DNA of 64,000 nucleotides from an uncultured bacterium (GCA_905214215.1 CAJMLP010000010.1:10-64009), one strand, 5' to 3'; counted from the stretch's first letter, positions 9,257-18,158 are shown. The notes: generated by a model from the sequence alone, not told the origin. Made by a program: numbers and translations.

Positions 9257-11173
9257 ATGGAAGAGGCCTATCGTCAAGCACGCAAGCGCGGCGAGCAGGG
9301 ACGCCGTCGCGCCATCAGCCAAAGCGAGCACCCGTACCTTACGGACCTCGACAGCTTGGTTGCCCAGCTCCCCTTAGGTCAGCGAGAGAGCGTCGGCCTG
9401 CGGGATATTCCGCTCGAAATGGTCGTCGGCACGGTTACCAAGGGCCGTCAGTCTGCCTTTTCGTGCAACTTTATGCCCCTGTTGCCATTTAGCACCGAGT
9501 TCGCCCGCAAGTGGTCCAACCTCTACGACATCCAGGTGACCGAGGGCTATCGCGACCCCATCATCGTCACCGAGTTCATGCATCGGTTTTACGTCCAAGA
9601 GGGCAACAAGCGCGTCAGCGTCCTCAAATTCCTGGACGCCCCGACGGTTTCGGCCAAGGCCACCCGCCTCTACCCCGGCACATGGGATTCCGTCGAAAGT
9701 CGCCTGTACGGCGAGTTCTGCGCGTTTTGGCGCGTCTGCCCCCTATACGAGATCGAGTTCTCGCGTGAGGGAAGCTACGAGACACTCGCCAAGATGCTCG
9801 GTCAGAACCTTATCGAAAAATGGCCGCAGAAAAAGGTCGACTACCTGCGCCACACCTTCTTGCTCTTTAAGCGCGCCTACCTTCGCGCGGGCGGCGACCA
9901 CCTGGACATTACGCCCGCCGACGCCATGCTCGTCTACCTCAATGTGTACAACCAGGACCGCCTGCTGGATACGCCGACGGATATCGTCGTAAACCGCCTG
10001 TGCAAAATTTGGCGCGAGCTGGTCATTGCCGGCAAAAATGACGAGGACAAGGTCGATCTTGTCGAAGCGCCGAGTGTCGATGAGGAAGAGTCGCCCGCCA
10101 AGTCCACCTCCGGTGTGCTCAACTTCTTTATGGGCAAGACCGTCTATTCGGCGGCCAATCCCCTGCGCATCGCCTTTATCCATGAATTCCCTTGTGCAAC
10201 GTCGAGCTGGGACAGCCTACACGACCAAGGGCGTCAGTATCTCGACGAGCACTTTGGCGGTATCGTGCGCACCGAGGCGTTCGAGGACTGCCACGATCCG
10301 GACGTGTTCTACGCCGCCGTGGAAACGGCTGTCAAACATGGAGACAACGTCATCTTCTCGACCTCGCACCGCCTGATGGAATACACGCTCAGGGCAGCCG
10401 TTGAGTATCCCCAGGTTCGGTTCCTTAACTGTTCTATCGGCCTTCCCCACCAAAGCGTCCGTTCGTACTTTGGCAAGATGTACGAGGCCAAGTTCCTCCT
10501 GGGCGCCCTTGCGGCTAGCATGGCGGACAACCATCGCATTGGCTACCACGCGTCGGTCTTTGCGTCGGGCGCGCTTAGCGAGATCAACGCCTTTGCCATC
10601 GGCGCCTCGCTGCTCGACCCTCGCGCGCAGGTAATCCTCACCTGGGGCGATGTACCCGCCGGCGGTCTTGCCGAGGCCATGTGCCGCGAAGGCGTGAGTG
10701 TTATGACCGGTGTCGACATGTCCAAGTCGCTGGAGGACCCCACGGCCTACGGACTCCACCGCCTGGTCGATGGCAAGGTCGTCGGCATCGCCATGCCGGT
10801 ATGGAACTGGGGCCGTTACTACGAGCTTATCGTGCGAAGCCTGCTGCATGGCACCTGGGATGAGACCAGTGACAACAGCCAGGTTCGCGCCGTCAACTAC
10901 TGGTATGGTATGAGCTCGGGCGTTATCGACATTCGCTACGCTCCGGGCCTGCCCTATCAGACGCGCAAGCTTGTTCAGCTACTGCGCAATGGCATCGTCG
11001 AGGGCTCCATCAATCCATTTGGCGGCGAGCTCCATAGCCAAGACGGCGTGGTGCAGATCGAGGGCTTTCCCCCACTGCCGAGCACGCAAATCGTCGAGAT
11101 GGACTGGCTGGCCGACAACGTGGTGGGCACCATTCCGCAACTCGACGATGAGCCGAAGGTCCGCGCCCTATGA
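9257..11173 (+). CDS. Cytoplasmic fusion of an N-terminal ParB/Srx-like domain and a C-terminal BMP (nucleoside-binding) domain
   Basis: IPLEMVVGT...DPI...FYVQEGNKRVSV ParB-like motif; C-terminal SSWDSLHDQG, YFGKMYEAKFLLG, INAFAIG and PVWNWG BMP motifs; no signal peptide. Confidence 0.7.
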   Translation: MEEAYRQARKRGEQGRRRAISQSEHPYLTDLDSLVAQLPLGQRESVGLRDIPLEMVVGTVTKGRQSAFSCNFMPLLPFSTEFARKWSNLYDIQVTEGYRDPIIVTEFMHRFYVQEGNKRVSVLKFLDAPTVSAKATRLYPGTWDSVESRLYGEFCAFWRVCPLYEIEFSREGSYETLAKMLGQNLIEKWPQKKVDYLRHTFLLFKRAYLRAGGDHLDITPADAMLVYLNVYNQDRLLDTPTDIVVNRLCKIWRELVIAGKNDEDKVDLVEAPSVDEEESPAKSTSGVLNFFMGKTVYSAANPLRIAFIHEFPCATSSWDSLHDQGRQYLDEHFGGIVRTEAFEDCHDPDVFYAAVETAVKHGDNVIFSTSHRLMEYTLRAAVEYPQVRFLNCSIGLPHQSVRSYFGKMYEAKFLLGALAASMADNHRIGYHASVFASGALSEINAFAIGASLLDPRAQVILTWGDVPAGGLAEAMCREGVSVMTGVDMSKSLEDPTAYGLHRLVDGKVVGIAMPVWNWGRYYELIVRSLLHGTWDETSDNSQVRAVNYWYGMSSGVIDIRYAPGLPYQTRKLVQLLRNGIVEGSINPFGGELHSQDGVVQIEGFPPLPSTQIVEMDWLADNVVGTIPQLDDEPKVRAL

Positions 11174-11880
11174 AAATCCTTGCCATAGCCGATACCGAAG
11201 AGCGATGCCTGTGGGAGTGCTTTCGCAAGGAGCGCTTTGAGGACGTTGACCTGATTCTATCCGCAGGCGACCTGGATCCGGACTATCTTGAGTTTTTGGT
11301 CACTGTCATCAACAAACCGCTTGTGTACGTTCGTGGCAACCACGACGACCGCTACGCGCGCCATGCACCGGGCGGGTGCATTTGTGTTGAGGACAGCGTA
11401 TATGTGTACCGAGGTATTCGCATTGCGGGTCTGGGCGGTTCCATGCGCTACCGCGACGGCGCGAACATGTATACCGAGCGCGAGATGGCAAAACGCATGC
11501 GCAAGCTATCGCGAAAAATCGCACTGGTAGACGGATGCGATATTCTACTTACCCATGCACCCGTCGCAGGCATGGGCGACCTGGACGACCTGCCGCATCG
11601 AGGATTCGAGTGCTTTAATGCGGCTCTTGAGTCTTGGGGTCCCGACTATATGATTCACGGGCATGTGCACCAAAGCTACGGCCCCAACTTTCAACGCGAG
11701 CGCCAACACCCATGCGGAACGAAGATTGTCAACGCCTGCGGCTATACCAAGATCGAAATTGACGAGGCGCGCTACCCCACGCGCGGTTGGAAGGCCGCTT
11801 GGCTCAACTCGCAAACCATGCGCCGCGAGCTCAAACGCCACGAAGCAATCGAGTCTTCAACCGCCAGAACCCCCTGGTAA
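11170..11880 (+). CDS. Calcineurin-like metallophosphoesterase
   Basis: AIAD, AGDL, VRGNHD, LLTHAP and HGHVH motifs; ATGA overlap with the upstream gene. Confidence 0.9.
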   Translation: MKILAIADTEERCLWECFRKERFEDVDLILSAGDLDPDYLEFLVTVINKPLVYVRGNHDDRYARHAPGGCICVEDSVYVYRGIRIAGLGGSMRYRDGANMYTEREMAKRMRKLSRKIALVDGCDILLTHAPVAGMGDLDDLPHRGFECFNAALESWGPDYMIHGHVHQSYGPNFQRERQHPCGTKIVNACGYTKIEIDEARYPTRGWKAAWLNSQTMRRELKRHEAIESSTARTPW

Positions 11881-11888
11881 CTGCCAAC

Positions 11889-11948
11889 AACCACCACGAA
11901 GGGGATAGGCACCTTTATGGTGGTTTTGCTGACTCGTCCGACCTGTCC
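11889..11948 (+). repeat. REP-like hairpin subtype B with tail; left copy of a 60-bp direct repeat
   Basis: 57/60 identical to 13905-13964 by manual alignment. Confidence 0.85.
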
Positions 11949-12112
11949 ATCACGGTGCTTGTGTAATTAACGAGAACACTCATTGTTTTGTAAGGACGGC
12001 GCTCACGTGCCGTCTTTTTTTGTCAACTTATGCAGTCTCGACCGTGTTGTATGTAGAGGGACCTCGCGAGACGCCTTCCCTATATCCACCACGACCAATT
12101 GGAGGTGACACT

Positions 12113-12673
12113 ATGCCTGCACGCCGTAACCGCAATAGCACGCTCCGATGCGATGCCGATCAGATCGAGCGGGAAGCAAAGCGCTTGGTCGACACGTATT
12201 CCGACCTCATCCTTCGATTGTGCTATTCGGCCCTTGGATCCGCTGACGACGCTCAAGACATCTGCCAGGACACGCTGATCAAGATTCTCCAACGCACTCA
12301 ACCGTTCGACTCGCTCGAACACGAACGTGCTTGGGTGATCCGAGTCGCACTGAACGCATGTCGCGATATCGGCCGTACGCACGCGAATCACCCGGTTGTC
12401 GACCTCGATTCGCTCCCCGATTTCTGCGCACCCGTAACACATACCGAGCAAGAATTCGCGCAACGCGACTGCGCCATTCTTTCCGCTGTCACGGCCCTGC
12501 CTCAAGCACAGCGCATCGCCATCTTTTTGCACTACTACGCAGGCATGAGCATCAGGGAAATCGCAGACGCCGTTCACGCGACGCCAGCTGCAACCGCCCA
12601 GCACCTTAGCCGCGGACGTGCGTCACTTCGGCTTTCCTTGAAAGGAGACCACAATGACTACGAATTCGAATGA
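12113..12673 (+). CDS. ECF RNA polymerase sigma factor
   Basis: DAQDICQDTLIK and AWVIRVALN (region 2); LPQAQRIAIFLHYYAGMSIREIA (region 4); GGAGG RBS. Confidence 0.9.
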   Translation: MPARRNRNSTLRCDADQIEREAKRLVDTYSDLILRLCYSALGSADDAQDICQDTLIKILQRTQPFDSLEHERAWVIRVALNACRDIGRTHANHPVVDLDSLPDFCAPVTHTEQEFAQRDCAILSAVTALPQAQRIAIFLHYYAGMSIREIADAVHATPAATAQHLSRGRASLRLSLKGDHNDYEFE

Positions 12674-13784
12674 CTATCGCCACGCCCTGGAGCACATTTC
12701 GTTTACCGATAATGCGAAGCAGCACATGGCAAACTCGATTGCTCAGTCCGTCGCCTCGAGCGATGCGGCGACCGCTCAAAGCAACTTTAATGGCACGCGA
12801 CGCAAGCCGCGCATCGCCCGCCATCCCGTAAGAACAGTCGCTCGCATTGCCGCTGTAACGGCAGTCCTCGCTATCGTCATTGGAGGCGCTGGCACGGCTA
12901 TGGCAACAGGCGTCCTGCCGCTTCCTTCTGACATGCTTTCCGACATCTTTGACGGACCTGCTTCTCAAACCGAGATCATCGACCGTATTGGCCGGCCCGT
13001 CGGTGCTAGCTGCTCCAACAACGGAGTCACCGTGACCGCCGACGCCATCATGGGCGACAAGGATATGGTTACCATCGCCTATACGCTTACGTTCGACGAT
13101 CCCGCTGCCCTGAAAAAGCTTTCCGAGCCGGGCGAGAACGGAACTATCGCCGGAAGTGTCGATGGAAACGTATACGTTGATGGCGAGCATGGCGGCCAAG
13201 GCCAATCATGGCTCATTGACAAGAACCCCAATGACTCCAGCATTCAATACTTTGCACAGTTCAGCGTTGAATCACCCGGCCTTATGGGCAGGACCGTCCG
13301 CACGCATATCAACTCTCTCGTTGTGCCACGTGCTGGCAAAGAGCTTCCCGAGTATAAGAAAATACTTACGGGCCCATGGGATCTTAAGTTCCAGCTGAAT
13401 TACGAAGATACATCCGTTACGATTCCCGCGCCCAAATCGGTCAACTTTAACGGCACCAAGGCGACGATTCAAGAGGCCACCGTATCCTGCGTTGGCGTTT
13501 CAGTCCGCTACAACATAGATCGTTCCATCGAACACGACAACAACAGCGGCAAGATGTCTCAAAACATGGAGGAGTCTATGGATGCCGTTGGCAACATACC
13601 CCTCATCGTGACGTTCAAAGACGGTCATGTTGAGGACGCAACCAGCCACAGCGGCTATTTCGCAAATAAACTGGATAACGGCACCACTGATGTCCACAAG
13701 ACCTGGCCGTTCTCGCAAGTTTGTGACACAGACAAGATTGCAAGCGTACAAATTGGCGATACGGTCATTCCCATGAATTCGTAA
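12654..13784 (+). CDS. Putative membrane anti-sigma factor (DUF4179-like)
   Basis: Overlaps the sigma gene; single TM helix, then SNNGVTVTADAIMGD and GPWDLKF beta-sandwich patterns. Confidence 0.7.
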   Translation: MTTNSNDYRHALEHISFTDNAKQHMANSIAQSVASSDAATAQSNFNGTRRKPRIARHPVRTVARIAAVTAVLAIVIGGAGTAMATGVLPLPSDMLSDIFDGPASQTEIIDRIGRPVGASCSNNGVTVTADAIMGDKDMVTIAYTLTFDDPAALKKLSEPGENGTIAGSVDGNVYVDGEHGGQGQSWLIDKNPNDSSIQYFAQFSVESPGLMGRTVRTHINSLVVPRAGKELPEYKKILTGPWDLKFQLNYEDTSVTIPAPKSVNFNGTKATIQEATVSCVGVSVRYNIDRSIEHDNNSGKMSQNMEESMDAVGNIPLIVTFKDGHVEDATSHSGYFANKLDNGTTDVHKTWPFSQVCDTDKIASVQIGDTVIPMNS

Positions 13785-13904
13785 CGCTACGCGGCTCGTA
13801 TATGCACCCGGTTCCGCACTTCGCGTCTAAAGATGCGCTGTCATCGAGCAGCGTGAGCGCAAGGCCGCCCGTATGGTCGGCTGGGAACACCTCGTTGCGC
13901 TAAA

Positions 13905-13964
13905 AACCACCACGAAGGGGACCGGCACCTTTGTGGTGGTTTTGCTGACTCGTCCGACCTGTCC
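13905..13964 (+). repeat. REP-like hairpin subtype B with tail; right copy of the 60-bp direct repeat
   Basis: AACCACCACGAAGGGGACCGGCACCTTTGTGGTGGTTTTGCTGACTCGTCCGACCTGTCC. Confidence 0.85.
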
Positions 13965-13972
13965 CAACGGTT

Positions 13973-14110
13973 TGTCTCAATCTGTAACAGGTAGGGCCCA
14001 AATAATCGGTTAGCTGTTACAGATCGAGACAGACCACGGATGCTCAGCCGAAAATCTCAATCTGTAACAGGTAGGAACGATTTTGCCCCTTAGATGTTAC
14101 AGATTGAGAT
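13973..14110. repeat. Array of four alternating inverted 16-bp repeats (TCTCAATCTGTAACAG) with ~23-bp spacers
   Basis: Units at 13975(+), 14014(-), 14055(+) and 14094(-); 80-bp period. Confidence 0.85.
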
Positions 14111-14135
14111 ATTTGACAGCTTGAATCGGCATCGC

Positions 14136-14780
14136 CTACAGCGCGGCGACGACCTTGTCGCCCATCGTCGTGGTGCCGAGGGTCTTATCTGCCGGAGTGT
14201 TGACATCGGCGATGTCACGGGTGCGCCAGCCCTCGTCGAGCACGCGCGCCACGGCGCTCTCGATCCACGCGGCTTGCTCGCCCATGTCGAGCGCGTAGGT
14301 CAGCAGCATCGCCACCGACAAGATTTGAGCCAGCGGATTGGCCACGCCGAGCCCCGCGATGTCAGGAGCGCTGCCAGCGCTCGGCCCAAACAGCGATACG
14401 CCATCATCCAGCGAGGCAGAGGCAAGCATACCGAGCGATCCGGTAATCTGAGCCGCCTCATCGGACAGGATGTCGCCGAACATGTTCTCCGTCACCACGA
14501 CGTCAAAGTCTGCCGGTCGACTGATGAGCTGCATGGCGGCGTTGTCGACGAGCAGGTCCTCAAGCTCCACGTCGGAGTACTCCTCGTCTTGCACGCGATG
14601 CACGATCTCGCGCCACATGCGGCTCGTCTCCAGCACGTTGCGCTTATCAACGCTCGTCACCTTGCCGCGACGTTTGCGCGCCGCCTCAAATGCCTGGCGC
14701 GCAATGCGCTCAATATCGTACTCGCGATACTCCATCACGTCGACCGCACGCTGACCGGCCGCACCCGCAGCGCCCGCGCA
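14136..14780 (-). pseudogene. leuB: 3-isopropylmalate dehydrogenase, C-terminal fragment
   Basis: [26 protein letters not shown] and GSAPDIAG motifs; N-terminal third missing; the usual EP.HGSAPD reads GPSAGSAPD. Confidence 0.85.
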
Positions 14781-14781
14781 G

Positions 14782-15342
14782 GTCACGGATGCGGGCGCCA
14801 AAGTCCCACGGCATGTTGTAGCCCATCGTATCGGGGATGTTCACGACCGTGGCACCGGCCTTTACGGCCGCCTCGATAATGCGCACCAGAAACTCCTGAT
14901 CGGAGCGGCCGGCATCCTCGGCATAAAACTCAACATCGTCAACGAACTTGCGAGCATGTTTGACGGCATGGATCGCTCACTCAATTGCCCTTTCCTCAGT
15001 CATATGGAGCTTGTCGCGCAGGTGACTGGTGCTCACACCCAGCCCTGTATGGATACGGGGCCTCTGGGCCGTTTTGAGCGCCTCTGCAGCCACTTCGATA
15101 TCCCTGTCGACAGCGCGCGTCAGGCCGCATACCGTGCATCGGTCGCCCGCAATCTTGCCAATCTCCTGTACGGAGCGAAAGTCACCAGGACTCGAGATGG
15201 GAAAGCCCGCCTCGATAACGTCCACGTTCATGCGCACCAGCTGGCGGGCGATGAAGAGCTTTTCCTCGGTATTCATGCTGGCGCCCGGCGACTGCTCACC
15301 GTCGCACAGGGTGGCGTCAAAGATTGTGATTTTGCGGCTTAT
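14782..15342 (-). pseudogene. leuA: 2-isopropylmalate synthase, N-terminal fragment
   Basis: [14 protein letters not shown] (degenerate DTTLRDGEQ), [14 protein letters not shown] and NIPDT motifs; ATA where the start is expected after GGAGG; in-frame TGA at 14977-14979; truncated near 14782. Confidence 0.88.
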
Positions 15343-15408
15343 ATGTTCCTCCTGATTGACCGTTTTATGACAGATGGCTTTCAGGAGAGAGAGAAGGCCT
15401 AGAGATAG

Positions 15409-15466
15409 AAAAATACCCGTGTCGCTCATCACGCCTGAAAGCGGCAGACGATAGCGCACCCGGGTA
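15409..15466 (-). terminator. Attenuator terminator of the leu leader
   Basis: TACCCGGGTGCGCTATC...GATGAGCGACACGGGTA stem followed by TTTTT on the minus strand. Confidence 0.7.
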
Positions 15467-15495
15467 CAACAAATCGTTATAGCGAGATTACAACC

Positions 15496-15555
15496 CTAGC
15501 GCGCTATCCAATCTAGTAGCGCTAGGCCTAGGAGCTGTTGCGTGTTCTTAAACAT
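15496..15555 (-). CDS. Leucine attenuator leader peptide MFKNTQQLLGLALLDWIAR
   Basis: 19 codons with 5 Leu, 4 of them CTA; GGGAG RBS; upstream of leuA. Confidence 0.75.
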   Translation of the reverse strand: MFKNTQQLLGLALLDWIAR

Positions 15556-15611
15556 GTTGGGCTCCCTTCGGCCTCGGGTAGTACTACATCGCGCTAAAGT
15601 ACAACACAAGT

Positions 15612-15652
15612 AAAACCACCACAAAGGCGCCTGTCCCCTTCATGTTGGTTTT
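15612..15652 (-). repeat. REP-like hairpin subtype B, inverted
   Basis: Reverse complement AAAACCAACATGAAGGGGACAGGCGCCTTTGTGGTGGTTTT. Confidence 0.8.
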
Positions 15653-15740
15653 GCCCCAAGATAGCAAGAGACCCGGTCCTGCACGAGGCAGAACCGGGTC
15701 TCTTTAGCAATGCTTGCTTTGCTCAGGCAGTAACTGTTAG

Positions 15741-16448
15741 TTACTCAGCCAGGAAGTCGCGCTGGATAGCGGGATCGACCTTGACGCCAGGGCCCATGGT
15801 GGAAGACACGGAGATGGACTTGACGTACTTGCCCTTAGCAGAAGAGGGCTTGACGCGCAGGATCTCGGTGTACAGGGCAGCGTAGTTCTCGACGAGCTGC
15901 TGCTCAGAGAAGGACTTCTTGCCCAGGGGCACGTGGCAGATGCCGTAGCGGTCGGCGCGGTACTCAACGCGGCCAGCCTTGAGCTCGGAGACCATCTTGG
16001 CGACGTCCATGGTCACGGTGCCGAGCTTGGGGTTCGGCATGAGGCCACGGGGACCAAGGATCTTACCGATGCGGCCAACCTTGGCCATCATGTTCGGCGT
16101 AGCGATAGCGGCGTCGAAGTTGATCTCGCCCTTCTGAATCTGGGCGACAAGCTCGTCGGAACCGATGATGTCGGCGCCGGCAGCCTCAGCCTCGCGGGCC
16201 TTCTCGCCCTCGGCGAAGACGGCAACACGAACGGTCTTGCCGGTGCCGTGGGGCAGGGAGATGGAACCACGGATGTTCTGGTCAGCCTTACGAGTATCGA
16301 TGCCCAGACGGAAGTGGGCCTCGACGGTCTCGTCGAACTTGGCGGTGTCGAGCTCCTTGATGAGCTTGGCAGCCTGAAGGGGGGTGTAGAGCGTGGCGCG
16401 GTCGATCTTCTCGGCAGCGGCGTTATAGCTCTTACCATGCTTAGCCAT
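15741..16448 (-). CDS. rplA: 50S ribosomal protein L1
   Basis: [25 protein letters not shown] and SSTMGPG motifs. Confidence 0.98.
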   Translation of the reverse strand: MAKHGKSYNAAAEKIDRATLYTPLQAAKLIKELDTAKFDETVEAHFRLGIDTRKADQNIRGSISLPHGTGKTVRVAVFAEGEKAREAEAAGADIIGSDELVAQIQKGEINFDAAIATPNMMAKVGRIGKILGPRGLMPNPKLGTVTMDVAKMVSELKAGRVEYRADRYGICHVPLGKKSFSEQQLVENYAALYTEILRVKPSSAKGKYVKSISVSSTMGPGVKVDPAIQRDFLAE

Positions 16449-16461
16449 GTGCATTACCTCC

Positions 16462-16490
16462 TGTGGTTAAACGGGCGTGAGCCCTCCCAC
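16462..16490 (-). promoter_or_regulatory. Putative L1-binding autoregulatory leader hairpin
   Basis: GTGGGAGGGCTCACGCCCGTTTAACCAC, a stem with asymmetric internal loop, immediately before the rplA RBS. Confidence 0.55.
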
Positions 16491-16565
16491 ATCGTATCGT
16501 GTGCCCTATTGCACACATTTAACGGGCGCCCCGGTCGGAGCACCCGTCATTACCTAAAGAAATCG

Positions 16566-16994
16566 CTACTCAGCGATGGTGACGCCCATGGAGCGGGCGG
16601 TACCGGCGATGATCTTCTTGGCGGCGTCAATGTCGTTGGCATTGAGGTCCGGCATCTTGATCTCGGCGATCTTGGTGAGCTGCTCCTGGGAGAGCTGACC
16701 AACCTTGTCGGCCTGGGGCTTAGCGGAACCAGACTTGAGGTTCAGCTCCTTCTTGATGAGGTGAGCCGCCGGCGGGGTCTTGGTGATGAAGGAGAAGGAC
16801 TTGTCCTCGTAGACAGAGATCTCAACGGGGATGATGTCACCCTTCTTGTCCTGCGTCTCGGCGTTAAAGGCCTGGCAGAACTGCATGATGTTCACGCCAG
16901 CGGCGCCCAGGGCGGGGCCGACGGGAGGAGCGGGGTTAGCTGCACCAGCAGGAATCTGGAGCTTAATGACGTTGGCAACCTTCTTCTCAGCCAT
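16566..16994 (-). CDS. rplK: 50S ribosomal protein L11
   Basis: [18 protein letters not shown] and GTARSMG motifs. Confidence 0.98.
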   Translation of the reverse strand: MAEKKVANVIKLQIPAGAANPAPPVGPALGAAGVNIMQFCQAFNAETQDKKGDIIPVEISVYEDKSFSFITKTPPAAHLIKKELNLKSGSAKPQADKVGQLSQEQLTKIAEIKMPDLNANDIDAAKKIIAGTARSMGVTIAE

Positions 16995-17114
16995 GGTCAT
17001 TCCTTTCGAATCACGAGTGTGAAGTACTTGCTATATCGTAAGCACGCACGTGTTAGAAGCACTCCTGAGATGAGCAGTCACAGAAGAAGCACGCTCGCGC
17101 GAACGGACGAAAAC

Positions 17115-17651
17115 TTAAGCGATGACAGCGACCTGGTTAAAGTCGAGCTCGACCGGCGTCTCGCGGCCAAAGATCATCAGCGTGACCTTGAGCTTGCCAG
17201 CCTCGGTGTTAACCTCGGAGACCTTGCCATCAAAGTCGGTAAGCGGGCCATCGGTGACGCGGACGGACGTGCCGACCTGAATATCAACCGAGGTGCGCTT
17301 GGGCGAATCGCCCTTACCGGGACGACGAGTCATCTTGTTGTACTCGTCGCGGGAAAGCGGAGCGGGCTTGCCGTTGCCGCCTAGGAAACCGGTGACGCCG
17401 GGCGTGTTGCGAACACACGTCCACGCATCGTCATCCATCTCCATGCGAACCAGGACATAACCCGGAAAGATCTTAGAATCCTTGGTCTCGCGCTTGCCAC
17501 CCTCTTTGATCTCGGTGACGCGCTCCATAGGAATCTCGATATCAAAGATACGGTCCTGCATGCCCATGGTCTCGATACGATGCTCGAGATCGGACTTTAC
17601 GCGGTTCTCGTATCCGGAGTAAGTGTGAACGACGTACCAACGCTTAGACAT
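17115..17651 (-). CDS. nusG: Transcription termination/antitermination factor NusG
   Basis: WYVVHTYSGYE, FPGYVLV, TPGVTGF and IFGRETPVEL motifs. Confidence 0.98.
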   Translation of the reverse strand: MSKRWYVVHTYSGYENRVKSDLEHRIETMGMQDRIFDIEIPMERVTEIKEGGKRETKDSKIFPGYVLVRMEMDDDAWTCVRNTPGVTGFLGGNGKPAPLSRDEYNKMTRRPGKGDSPKRTSVDIQVGTSVRVTDGPLTDFDGKVSEVNTEAGKLKVTLMIFGRETPVELDFNQVAVIA

Positions 17652-17654
17652 GGT

Positions 17655-17993
17655 TTAGCCCCTCAATCCAGAGAACAGAGCAAGAGCCTCGCCAAAGCCA
17701 GCATCGAGCAGAGCGATGACGACGCCGACGACGACCAGAGAAGCGCAAACGACGACCGAGTAGTTCACGAGCTCCTTCTTATCAGGCCACGTGACACGCT
17801 TCATCTCGGACTTGACCGAAGCGAAATACTTCTTGGTGCGGGAGAAGAAACCAGGCTTCTCGTTCTTCTTGGACTTCGCAGCCTTCTCGTTCTTCTTGGC
17901 AACGGCCTTCTTGGCCTCAACCTTGGAGTTGGCAGCAGCGTTGTTGGCAGGTGCCGGCTGCTGAGCCTTCTTCTTGTTCTTCTTGTTGGCCAT
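17655..17993 (-). CDS. secE: Preprotein translocase SecE
   Basis: SEMKRVTWP motif plus one TM helix; directly upstream of nusG. Confidence 0.95.
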   Translation of the reverse strand: MANKKNKKKAQQPAPANNAAANSKVEAKKAVAKKNEKAAKSKKNEKPGFFSRTKKYFASVKSEMKRVTWPDKKELVNYSVVVCASLVVVGVVIALLDAGFGEALALFSGLRG

Positions 17994-18069
17994 TTGGGTT
18001 ACCTCCGCGCAATGCGCTTATACATGAGTAAACCGTAAGCCCCCAAGTGGGAGCTTACGGAATAATGAC

Positions 18070-18145
18070 TGGCACGCCAGGAAGGACTCGAACCCTCAAC
18101 ACTCGGTTTTGGAGACCGATGCTCTACCAATTGAACTACTGGCGT
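18070..18145 (-). tRNA. tRNA-Trp(CCA)
   Basis: Cloverleaf, anticodon loop CTCCAAA, GTTCGAG T-loop, encoded CCA. Confidence 0.96.
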
Positions 18146-18158
18146 ATGTGACTAGAGA

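Noticed and set aside
13973..14110. CRISPR array
   Set aside because: Repeats are only 16 bp, alternate in orientation and number four, with no cas genes or leader. Kept as an unclassified repeat.
14977..14979. Selenocysteine or programmed read-through at the leuA TGA
   Set aside because: The gene also has a lost start, a damaged catalytic motif and a truncation, so simple decay explains it.
15343..15459. Second Leu-rich leader or N-terminal extension of LeuA ([16 protein letters not shown])
   Set aside because: It overlaps the attenuator terminator and its pyrimidine tract, which explains the Leu/Ser/Phe codons. The real RBS (GGAGG) lies just before 15342.
17022..17092. Four AAG(C/T)AC hexamers upstream of rplK
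   Set aside because: Short, irregularly spaced (18, 17, 30 bp) and compatible with chance or leader structure.
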